DNA from: a virus
IMG/VR virus record: IMGVR_UViG_3300045988_106833
Span: 12,326-76,325 of that record
Reading direction: 5' to 3' (one strand)
DNA length: 64,000 nucleotides
Positions 56,784-64,000 of this stretch are shown here, in pieces; position 1 is the first letter of the stretch, and every line of letters begins with the position of its first letter. The notes beneath the pieces were generated by a model, which ran no database searches, was not told the DNA's origin, and worked only from the letters and a program-made list of their open reading frames with translations. The position numbers were made by a program, and so were the translations under genes.

Positions 56784-57446
56784 TCATTTCAGCTCTTTAA
56801 TTAAAGCATCCGCATATATTACAGCTAATTCAGCCGCCTTATCACACGTCTCCAATATTAATTCACCGTGAGGTCCACGCCCTGATACGGATGTGATCGG
56901 AAGCATGGTTTTTGCCATCTCGTATCTACGTTGTTCCCAATCTACATGGGTGTTACACGGTTCTTGATTGACCTGTATATATCTTCCTTCAATATTAGAA
57001 GATCTTAATGTTTCCGCATTCTCTTCGCCGAATGCAACCAGAATAGACCCACATCCTGGACTTTCACCTATTGTTCCATCTTCTCTGTGGAATTTTATCC
57101 TTCCTTTCATGAACAATATACCTTTTGCTTTCGGGAATACAACATCCTGAAACATCTTATTGTCAAGACGATTAAAAAGAAGAGCTATTCCATTATTGTG
57201 CTCTACCATACGAGTAATAAAATGCTCTATAGTCGGTCTTGAATAAGGTGGGTTTAACCATACCCTTCCTTCCCATTTTTGTTTTAATCCATCTTGCTCT
57301 TTGTTATACATAACCCTGGCTGTCCTCCATAACGGACGCATAGGCGCACATGGATCTAAATCAAATTTCCCTAAAGCGTCTATAATTTCTTTAGGTGTGT
57401 ACCATTCATCTGTACTGTTTTTAGATTTCTCAAATGATGTATTCAT
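56784..57446 (-). CDS. phage-type DNA N6-adenine methyltransferase (220 aa)
   Basis: WYTPKEIIDALGKFDLDPCA and WLNPPYS (NPPY catalytic motif) follow the phage 'Dam' (T1/P1-like) family pattern. Confidence 0.75.
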   Translation of the reverse strand: MNTSFEKSKNSTDEWYTPKEIIDALGKFDLDPCAPMRPLWRTARVMYNKEQDGLKQKWEGRVWLNPPYSRPTIEHFITRMVEHNNGIALLFNRLDNKMFQDVVFPKAKGILFMKGRIKFHREDGTIGESPGCGSILVAFGEENAETLRSSNIEGRYIQVNQEPCNTHVDWEQRRYEMAKTMLPITSVSGRGPHGELILETCDKAAELAVIYADALIKELK

Positions 57447-57464
57447 ATATCTATGTTTTATAAG

Positions 57465-57992
57465 TTAATCCCATCCTCCAGTAGTGTACAAAGATACATC
57501 TTCCTCCTCTACGTTTACACCTTTAATAGCCTGTAGAAGTTTTTTCTTTGTCTCCCGGCACATATTGTAACCATATCCTTTATACCGATATGAGCGCTCC
57601 CATGTGCTTACTGGAAAAGGAATATTTTCGTCAATGACCAGCCTCTTCATATGAAGATGTTCGAAGAATTTCTCATGGTAGAGAAGTTTATACTCGTATC
57701 CTACTACATCAGTAGATGAGAATGGAAAATAATCATCTTCCTTTACACTGAAAACCATTGCCCAAGTTGGTATCGCATTACGAACATAGCATTGATGTTT
57801 GCTCGTGGTAGCAGAATAATAATCTTCATTTATCAGGTATGCTTTCTTCCCTTGTTTGTTTTTTACTATTCTTCCGACTTCAAAGTGATGCCCATAAGAA
57901 TAAATACTTGTACCTTCAAAGAAGAAATTGCTCCCTGATGCTGATTCTTCTTGTTCATGAGCCCACAAGTGAGCGACTATTGAATTGTTCAT
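57465..57992 (-). CDS. hypothetical protein (175 aa)
   Basis: ORF track. Confidence 0.5.
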   Translation of the reverse strand: MNNSIVAHLWAHEQEESASGSNFFFEGTSIYSYGHHFEVGRIVKNKQGKKAYLINEDYYSATTSKHQCYVRNAIPTWAMVFSVKEDDYFPFSSTDVVGYEYKLLYHEKFFEHLHMKRLVIDENIPFPVSTWERSYRYKGYGYNMCRETKKKLLQAIKGVNVEEEDVSLYTTGGWD

Positions 57993-58004
57993 ATAAATAT
58001 CTTT

Positions 58005-58319
58005 TTAATTGTTTAACTTACCTTTATCATATGACATTCTCTTTTCGCATTTTTCAATACGTTCGGTTATCATATCGCAGAAGACTTGCCCCTCTTTTTC
58101 GGAACCTCTGAAGTAACCAATCATCTTCAGGATGTTCCCGTCAAACTCATGAACGAACTTGTTATAATAATGTTCACCCGTAACTTTCCCATATTTTTCC
58201 ACGAACAAATCCTTATCTAACGACTCATCCTTAAAACAACGGTTGTAATCCCATCTTACGATACGAAACAATGTTTCAAAATTCAATCTTTCCATATCCT
58301 GTATTTTATTTAAGCTCAA
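58005..58319 (-). CDS. hypothetical protein (104 aa)
   Basis: ORF track. Confidence 0.45.
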   Translation of the reverse strand: MSLNKIQDMERLNFETLFRIVRWDYNRCFKDESLDKDLFVEKYGKVTGEHYYNKFVHEFDGNILKMIGYFRGSEKEGQVFCDMITERIEKCEKRMSYDKGKLNN

Positions 58320-59202
58320 ACCTAATATCTTCTGGCAATTGAGAGCGGTCTACCTTATTCACAAAATCATCAAACTCTTCTTGTGTGATTTTTTCTTCAT
58401 AGCTGTCCCAGTTGAAAGACAAAGTGTTCGTGTGAGGATAATATATAACATTATCGGTAGACAACCCATAATCAAACACACAAAGCATTATCTTCTTTTC
58501 TGCTTCTGCTTGTCTGATTTTCTTATCATATTGCTCACAAATTTCAGCACGCTTTTTCAACATCTCTGCCTTATGAGTCTCTTCCCTACGTTTTTCGATA
58601 CTTTCTGCGGAATAATACCCAGCTTTAATGCGCTCTTCAATAAGCAAACGTTCCTCGTCCGTTAGTGTTAAAACAAATCTTTCTTCTTCCGGCTTATATG
58701 GATTAACCCACTTCTTACCACACAATTTTTCAAGTTCCGCAATAAGTTCTTCTGATTCTCTTTTCTGTCTATCCACAATCCCCAGATTGAAAAGCAGATA
58801 CTTGAAATACAACTTATCCTCAGAGGCTTTATATAATTCTACGCATTCTTGTTTTGATATACGCAAATACTCCATTGCCACAGACATACCACTATTTTTT
58901 ATGTGATACATACCATTATCTACCGGATACATAGGAGCACCATAATGGTTACAAAGATGCAACGATATGAATTTCGCCAATTCCGGAAAATGTTTTACGA
59001 CTTCATCGTGGCAGCAGCCTCCTAAGTAATCCTCATATTTTCCATGCTTGTTTTTCCAGTCAACGTCGGCTGTTATGCTCCAGTCGCATATGTTATTTTT
59101 GCAGTCATCATCCAAAGAGATTCTAACTGTTATTCTATAATCTTCTTCATTTTCTGTAAAGAATTTTGTACCTGAATAAAACAGTTTGTTTGTAGTTTCC
59201 AT
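58306..59202 (-). CDS. hypothetical protein (298 aa)
   Basis: ORF track. Confidence 0.55.
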   Translation of the reverse strand: METTNKLFYSGTKFFTENEEDYRITVRISLDDDCKNNICDWSITADVDWKNKHGKYEDYLGGCCHDEVVKHFPELAKFISLHLCNHYGAPMYPVDNGMYHIKNSGMSVAMEYLRISKQECVELYKASEDKLYFKYLLFNLGIVDRQKRESEELIAELEKLCGKKWVNPYKPEEERFVLTLTDEERLLIEERIKAGYYSAESIEKRREETHKAEMLKKRAEICEQYDKKIRQAEAEKKIMLCVFDYGLSTDNVIYYPHTNTLSFNWDSYEEKITQEEFDDFVNKVDRSQLPEDIRFELK

Positions 59203-59213
59203 ATTATTTTAGT

Positions 59214-59450
59214 TTAATCATTACACTTATGAAAAATAAAATCTGCACACTCTCCGGGAAGTGTTCCTGCGTCATTACAACGGTAAAACCCTTGTGTTTC
59301 CAAATCTACATCTACCGGATAACCTTCTGCTGCTTCCAAGAAGCGTTGGATTTCCTCACATTCTTCATCCGTTAATCCAGTGTAATCATCATTGATTAAC
59401 GGGCAAGCCCAATAAGAGGGCAACCTGTATCTTATTACTTTTATGCTCAT
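59214..59450 (-). CDS. hypothetical Cys-containing protein (78 aa)
   Basis: ORF track. Confidence 0.4.
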   Translation of the reverse strand: MSIKVIRYRLPSYWACPLINDDYTGLTDEECEEIQRFLEAAEGYPVDVDLETQGFYRCNDAGTLPGECADFIFHKCND

Positions 59451-59605
59451 AGTTTTATTAATCTACAGTTACTATCTTCAAATACCGGAACCTTCCCTTG
59501 TTCTCTAAAATAAGCAGTGGCCACCTTGAAAGCATAAAGCGGATTTACTTTCTGGATTTCTTGTTGTGATTTATAGAAAGATAGCGGCTTACATACATAG
59601 AAACG

Positions 59606-59881
59606 TCAATCTTGCCTTCCCTTCCCGTTACATGTTTCACGATTCCATATTCCAGCAAGCCTCCTGTATCCCCTTACTGGTATTTTCTCTATTTCTTTTG
59701 GCATGATTTCAATATACTTTCCTTCTCCGATTGGTATAGTCATATTACCTGCCTCTTCCGTGCAAAAGTATTCTATTTCAGATGCCATTCCTTTATACAC
59801 ATAGAACCGGTATAAGTTCCCGTCAGGGTCTACCCGATCCATGTAATATAATATCACTTTGTCTACTTTTATCGTTTTCAT
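59606..59881 (-). CDS. hypothetical protein (91 aa)
   Basis: ATGA-coupled. Confidence 0.4.
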   Translation of the reverse strand: MKTIKVDKVILYYMDRVDPDGNLYRFYVYKGMASEIEYFCTEEAGNMTIPIGEGKYIEIMPKEIEKIPVRGYRRLAGIWNRETCNGKGRQD

Positions 59882-60129
59882 TCCTTAATTCTACTTATCT
59901 TTAAATTGTTATTCCCACAGTATTCCTTCAGCCAACTATCCGTTAGATAACGATTAACTCTATCATATTTCTTTTTCGGGCCCTTGCTCCAGAATTTCCA
60001 TTCTTTTGTGATATTGTACCCATATTTATCAAACCAATGGATATAATACACTACGTTACCGTACAAATCCACTCTTTTTCTTTCCTGTATGACTACCTCG
60101 TAAGGCATCTTCTTGTCTCTTTTCTCCAT
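59878..60129 (-). CDS. hypothetical protein (83 aa)
   Basis: ATGA-coupled. Confidence 0.4.
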   Translation of the reverse strand: MEKRDKKMPYEVVIQERKRVDLYGNVVYYIHWFDKYGYNITKEWKFWSKGPKKKYDRVNRYLTDSWLKEYCGNNNLKISRIKE

Positions 60130-60206
60130 CTTTGTCCTCCTTTCTTGAATAAAAAAACGGCACCTATCTTCGCAGACCAGTGCCGGTAACTAACTTACAT
60201 GGAAAA

Positions 60207-60611
60207 CTACTTAACCTCAACTAATTCTACAGAGTTGTAGAATTTAGTGAAGCTACCAACAAATTCTCTTATATTTTTATATTCTTCTGGTCGTTTTCTG
60301 TTACCGTCTTTTATGTAATTTACCCACAATCTATCCTCTATGCTCTTAATCGCATTCTCTATAGTAAATTCGTCGCTGACACACATTAAGCACGAAGACC
60401 CGGTTTTCTTATGTGGTTTATATACCCTTGAAAAAGACCACATTTTTATCCTGTCGTATATATATCCGTTGTTGGGATAAACGAATCCTATCCGGCTGTC
60501 ACCTTCTTTGGCGTAAAACACACCTGGTTCCTTTCCGCCTTTCTTATACACAATAAATCCTTTTTCTTTTAAGATCTTAGCTATCTTATTTATCTTGTTC
60601 TCTACGTTCAT
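60207..60611 (-). CDS. hypothetical protein (134 aa)
   Basis: ORF track. Confidence 0.5.
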   Translation of the reverse strand: MNVENKINKIAKILKEKGFIVYKKGGKEPGVFYAKEGDSRIGFVYPNNGYIYDRIKMWSFSRVYKPHKKTGSSCLMCVSDEFTIENAIKSIEDRLWVNYIKDGNRKRPEEYKNIREFVGSFTKFYNSVELVEVK

Positions 60612-61068
60612 TGTAATGCAAGTATTTAAAAACGACCCTCATTATAGTTGCGAAGTTCTCTACCTTAACCCACTCGTGGGCTACCGCTCTAAGTACGGAT
60701 GTCTCGTATGTTGGAATATCGTCTTCTTCAACCACCTTGCAAGAAGCCAGAACTCCTTCAGTCGGCTTTAGTCCGCGGTCATGCAGCTCGCAGAGACCGT
60801 CCGGCTGGCGGAATGCGCACCACCCGTCTTTCTCTGTTGGCTGGATCATCGCTATTGGTTTTTCTTTCACTGCAAGATACCCTACCATCCACATTGTTTC
60901 TTTTAACCTGTCAGCGTATCCGGCATCTATAATAGCCTCTATGTCTTTTGGCGTACCAATACAAGGGACCTTACACATGTTCTTGCATTTATCACATGTA
61001 CAAGGTTGCTCCCATCTGTTATGATCTATGCCTACCAACTTCTTTATCCGTTCTACTTCCTCTTTCAT
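60586..61068 (-). CDS. Cys-rich hypothetical protein (160 aa; CTCDKCKNMCKVPC)
   Basis: ORF track. Confidence 0.5.
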   Translation of the reverse strand: MKEEVERIKKLVGIDHNRWEQPCTCDKCKNMCKVPCIGTPKDIEAIIDAGYADRLKETMWMVGYLAVKEKPIAMIQPTEKDGWCAFRQPDGLCELHDRGLKPTEGVLASCKVVEEDDIPTYETSVLRAVAHEWVKVENFATIMRVVFKYLHYNERREQDK

Positions 61069-61349
61069 ACTTCTTTTGTTAGTTCATCATAATAAGCTTT
61101 CAGTTCCGGTGAAGCGTATTCCATAAATGCTTCAAACAAGTAGGGTACCTCTATTATCATATTCACATTACAACCTTCTGCCTGTGAAAGCAATTCAGGA
61201 TCATTACTGTACAGACACGCAACATGAGCACCTATATTAAATACATGCAAATCTATCCTTACGTATTCTATACATGAAGACAATGCATTAAACAAATTCT
61301 TTACTTCATTCTTGTCAAAAAGTTCTACAAATTCTCTCAACCCCATCAT
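61065..61349 (-). CDS. hypothetical protein (94 aa)
   Basis: ATGA-coupled. Confidence 0.45.
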   Translation of the reverse strand: MMGLREFVELFDKNEVKNLFNALSSCIEYVRIDLHVFNIGAHVACLYSNDPELLSQAEGCNVNMIIEVPYLFEAFMEYASPELKAYYDELTKEV

Positions 61350-61729
61350 TTTACTACCCTTTCTATGTGTTTAATTAATACTACCGCCATTCCATTGCCG
61401 GTTTTTATCGCACATTCCGATCCTTTTATCCATTCTACACACCCTACATACTTTTCTGTAGAATGAAATCCGGGATTGTATTTTCCAGATGTACTGAACT
61501 CTACCGTATCCCCTACCTTCAGATCATCAAAAGCAATAGACCATGTGGTCCAAATTCTATCATGTCTCCCAGGCTGAATGGCTCCGATTACGCCTTTTTT
61601 ACGACCGTTTTTTATCGCTCTTAGTATTATCTTTCTATCACCTTCGATAAGGCTGCAAAAGTGCCCGTAAAAGGTTAAATCAACCTGTTTTTCTCCTATT
61701 TCTTCTCTTATTTTTGTTATTCTGTTCAT
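61346..61729 (-). CDS. hypothetical protein (127 aa)
   Basis: ATGA-coupled. Confidence 0.5.
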   Translation of the reverse strand: MNRITKIREEIGEKQVDLTFYGHFCSLIEGDRKIILRAIKNGRKKGVIGAIQPGRHDRIWTTWSIAFDDLKVGDTVEFSTSGKYNPGFHSTEKYVGCVEWIKGSECAIKTGNGMAVVLIKHIERVVK

Positions 61730-61973
61730 TTTCTGATTTTGCTTTATTTTTTTCTTTGTTTTTTCTATCTTCTATAGAAGATGATAATAACATTATCTTT
61801 TCTATGTTACTTTTTGACTGTAAAAAAGAATCGCATTTCATTACTACTACCACCTTCTTAAGTTCCCCATTATCGTATAGCGATACACGCATCATGTTTT
61901 GCGCCTCGTCCACTATCAGACCTGGAGTAGTCTTAGCCATTTTGCGTAGCTTATTATACTCCGGTCTTTCCAT
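61680..61973 (-). CDS. hypothetical protein with a basic C-terminus (97 aa)
   Basis: ORF track. Overlaps the next gene by 50 nt. Confidence 0.35.
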   Translation of the reverse strand: MERPEYNKLRKMAKTTPGLIVDEAQNMMRVSLYDNGELKKVVVVMKCDSFLQSKSNIEKIMLLSSSIEDRKNKEKNKAKSENEQNNKNKRRNRRKTG

Positions 61974-62238
61974 TTCCTCTGTTTATTACTCTATAGTATT
62001 TATCCTTATCCCCTTCTTCCAACTTCTCCAGATAGAAAATTCCATCATGCAAATGAGACAAACAAAACCTGTATCCGTATTTCTGCGTTCTTCTTACATG
62101 ATCCCGCAGTCTTATCTCTTCACTTTTGTCTTGTACTTTGATCTTAATACTGTCTCCTTCTTTGATTGTGTATAAAATAGTTTGAATCTCTTCTTTTTTC
62201 ATCTTATAAAATATTTTAACGGCAGCACCTATACTCAC
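61954..62238 (-). CDS. hypothetical protein (94 aa)
   Basis: ORF track. Confidence 0.4.
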   Translation of the reverse strand: MSIGAAVKIFYKMKKEEIQTILYTIKEGDSIKIKVQDKSEEIRLRDHVRRTQKYGYRFCLSHLHDGIFYLEKLEEGDKDKYYRVINRGNGKTGV

Positions 62239-62265
62239 GCACCACTACTGCCTTATGTTTAACAA

Positions 62266-63048
62266 TTAAATACTTAACTCTTCAATGGTCAAGCCTTTTT
62301 CTTTTGCCCACTTTAGCATCGCGCATAATTCTGTTTCTGACTTATATTTCGGATCACGCCACGCCCATCCGAATTTATCCAGGACATGATGATATAATTC
62401 GTCGGCCTTTGCCGTGTAAATGTCTTTGAATAAATGCTCCGAACCTTCTGGTATAAGCATCTCTGTTGTTGCAAAATCGGAATACGACAAACATCCGTAA
62501 GCATATTCTGTTATTTCACTCCACGCTTCTCCGGCTTTAAATCCAAATTCTTTTACAAAAGCCAAAGTTAGATACATATTTAATAATATTGTTACATCAT
62601 ATCCAGAATCCGACTTTCTTTCTATTATTTTCTTTTCAAATTCCTTTAAATCTTCAGGCCCTAAAAAGATGTATCCTGATACCGACCGATAATTAGCCTC
62701 CGCATACTTCTTGCATTTATCATCATTAATAATCTTACCAATGTTAGATAACATCTTTTGCCTCCATTCATCACAAAACTCTATCCTTACATCCATCCAA
62801 TCAGTACCATAATTGCGATCTTTTGGATGTCCGACCGATATTACCTTTATGTTATTCACACCATATTCATAAAGGCGTTCGCCCACCTTATCCGCCCATT
62901 CCTGTACAAAAGGAATAAACTTATTGCAATAAGAATCAAAATCAAAATCTAATTCCTCCTCATATTCCGGCATCTCTTCATAATCTTGTTCAAAGAAATA
63001 TCGAGGATCTGCTATTGTTTCATAGAAACTTACGTTAATAATTGTCAC
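62266..63048 (-). CDS. hypothetical acidic protein (260 aa; GTG start in the ORF track)
   Basis: Long ORF. Its start overlaps the end of the upstream micro-ORF. Confidence 0.55.
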   Translation of the reverse strand: MTIINVSFYETIADPRYFFEQDYEEMPEYEEELDFDFDSYCNKFIPFVQEWADKVGERLYEYGVNNIKVISVGHPKDRNYGTDWMDVRIEFCDEWRQKMLSNIGKIINDDKCKKYAEANYRSVSGYIFLGPEDLKEFEKKIIERKSDSGYDVTILLNMYLTLAFVKEFGFKAGEAWSEITEYAYGCLSYSDFATTEMLIPEGSEHLFKDIYTAKADELYHHVLDKFGWAWRDPKYKSETELCAMLKWAKEKGLTIEELSI

Positions 63049-63196
63049 ATATTTCTCCCGTGCATATATGATGCGGCGCCTGCCCCTTGATGTTATTCCC
63101 TAATAAAGCAATCCCCATCTCTTCGCCACATATCATGCAAACTTCTATAGACGGATTCAATCCGTGTTCTGGATGTAATGTAATACCATCTTTCAT
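63035..63196 (-). CDS. small zinc-ribbon-like protein (53 aa), not in the ORF track
   Basis: ATG preceded by AAGGAGG at 7-nt spacing. Translation MKDGITLHPEHGLNPSIEVCMICGEEMGIALLGNNIKGQAPHHICTGEICDNY (CxxC ... CxxxxC), verified by hand. Confidence 0.45.
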   Translation of the reverse strand: MKDGITLHPEHGLNPSIEVCMICGEEMGIALLGNNIKGQAPHHICTGEICDNY

Positions 63197-63349
63197 TTTC
63201 TTTCCTCCTTTGTTTTTAATGTTGTGTGAGATCGCCGGAATCGAACCGACCTACCGCACCATGAATCCCATAAAGCAAGTGCTCCGATCTTCGCAGACGG
63301 GAGCACTCTGTCTAAAGCATAAGAAAATTAATGAAGAAATTTTTCTCAC

Positions 63350-63430
63350 TTACGCCATAGCATCTAAAATAGCTATCAACACTATTTCTATGACAAACAT
63401 AATAGAAAATATCTTAAATGCCTTTTTCAT
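63350..63430 (-). CDS. 26-aa hydrophobic micro-protein (MKKAFKIFSIMFVIEIVLIAILDAMA), not in the ORF track
   Basis: ATG preceded by AAGGAGG (10-nt spacer). Single predicted TM segment. Verified by hand. Confidence 0.3.
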   Translation of the reverse strand: MKKAFKIFSIMFVIEIVLIAILDAMA

Positions 63431-63537
63431 ATCGCTATCTCCTCCTTTTTATTTTTTTTAGTTCCACAACAAACTGTTCCGGCTCTGCTCCGACCTACGT
63501 TCCACCTACAACCGCAGGCCTTAGCCCAAGGCGCCGC

Positions 63538-63798
63538 CTACTCCCCCTCTATGGCAGCCTGTTCGTACCTACAACACCAGTCTCTATCTATACAACTATC
63601 ACTACGCGATAACAAACATTTATCCTTATAACAATCATAAAAAATACACCTATCACAACTGTAATCCTTAACTTCTACACAGCTAACTACCTTAGCATAT
63701 ACTATACCATCACCGTCTTCTATTCCTTTCACCCCAAAAATAGAACCTTCTTCCTCCTTACTCAAATCTAAGTCAGGCGCAAAGTCATATACGTTCAT
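63538..63798 (-). CDS. small Cys-rich protein (86 aa), paralog of 45553..45750
   Basis: Shares SCVEV..CDRCIFYDCYKDKC with the 65-aa protein at 45553..45750. Confidence 0.5.
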   Translation of the reverse strand: MNVYDFAPDLDLSKEEEGSIFGVKGIEDGDGIVYAKVVSCVEVKDYSCDRCIFYDCYKDKCLLSRSDSCIDRDWCCRYEQAAIEGE

Positions 63799-63872
63799 GT
63801 TGTTTATGTTTTAATTGTTATACATTCCGATTACTACTAATCTATAGAATATAGTTTTCAACTCTCAACCTA

Positions 63873-64000
63873 TTGAATTTTGTAGAATAAACTCACATTA
63901 TGCCGTTTTAAAGCACTGATCTGTTGAATTTAAAGCACTGATCTGTTGAATTTTGTTGGAAGGAAGTTGAATTTTGTTGGAAGGAAGTTGAATTTTGTTG
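63873..64000. repeat. iteron-like array: TTGAATTT(T) at 63873, 63924, 63946, 63967 and 63988, embedded in two 22-nt tandem units (aaagcactgatctgttgaattt x2; tgttggaaggaagttgaatttt x2 and more); the array runs off the window end
   Basis: Direct repeats read from the sequence. Spacing is 21-22 bp, about two helical turns. No unique spacers. Confidence 0.6.

Noticed and set aside
63225-63300. Possible tRNA gene on the minus strand. The loop GGTTCGATTCC looks like a T-arm.
   Set aside because: I could not build a D-arm or an anticodon arm. The candidate acceptor pairing leaves only 13 nt between the acceptor and T stems. A match to the T-loop consensus with one mismatch is expected about once by chance in 128 kb of search space. 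It is kept only as a possible tRNA remnant in the findings.
63873-64000. CRISPR array at the window end.
   Set aside because: The 21-22-nt repeats are directly adjacent or overlapping, with no unique spacers and no cas genes. It is better explained as iterons or tandem repeats.
1-64000. Diversity-generating retroelement or retron.
   Set aside because: No reverse-transcriptase motif (QGxxxSP or YxDD) was found in any frame of the listed ORFs, and no template/variable repeat pair was obvious.

Overview
The window looks like a contiguous stretch of a tailed dsDNA phage genome. It has tightly packed, translationally coupled genes (many ATGA overlaps), about 35% GC, and no cellular housekeeping genes. 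A Bacteroidota host is suggested by seven TAnnTTTG '-7'-type promoter motifs placed 15-30 nt upstream of start codons; this is an inference, not a demonstration.

The window contains two convergent blocks that meet at a long inverted repeat near 32.7 kb.

Plus-strand block, 1.0-32.6 kb:
- Five giant ORFs of 947, 1014, 2213, 751 and 2140 aa with no domain I can name. They may be virion or ejected 'cargo' proteins of the kind seen in crAss-like phages.
- A Bro-N antirepressor-like gene.
- A GC-elevated two-gene cassette encoding a Gly/Cys-rich membrane protein.
- A run of small accessory ORFs.

Minus-strand block, 33.0-63.8 kb, is a replication and accessory module:
- A DEAH-type SF2 helicase whose P-loop is split by a 344-aa intein carrying a LAGLIDADG homing endonuclease.
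- A DnaB-like helicase.
- A zinc-ribbon/TOPRIM primase.
- A Cas4-like PD-(D/E)XK nuclease with an Fe-S cysteine cluster.
- A phage-type (NPPY) N6-adenine methyltransferase.
- A dATP/dGTP diphosphohydrolase-like (DUF5664) protein.
- A C-terminally truncated IS605-family TnpB remnant.
- A minimal SMC/RecF-like ABC ATPase with a 278-aa partner.
- An ACP-like, NfeD-like and flotillin (YqiK-like) operon.

The ~1 kb upstream of the first gene and the last ~130 bp of the window are non-coding and full of structured repeats. Near the start there are two hairpins with an identical 11-nt loop and different stems. At the end there are iteron-like 21-22-bp direct repeats.

No rRNA, no convincing tRNA, no CRISPR array, no reverse transcriptase or DGR, no integrase, and no recognisable capsid, portal or terminase genes were seen in this window.

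Functional calls rest on motif recognition by eye and should be confirmed by profile searches.
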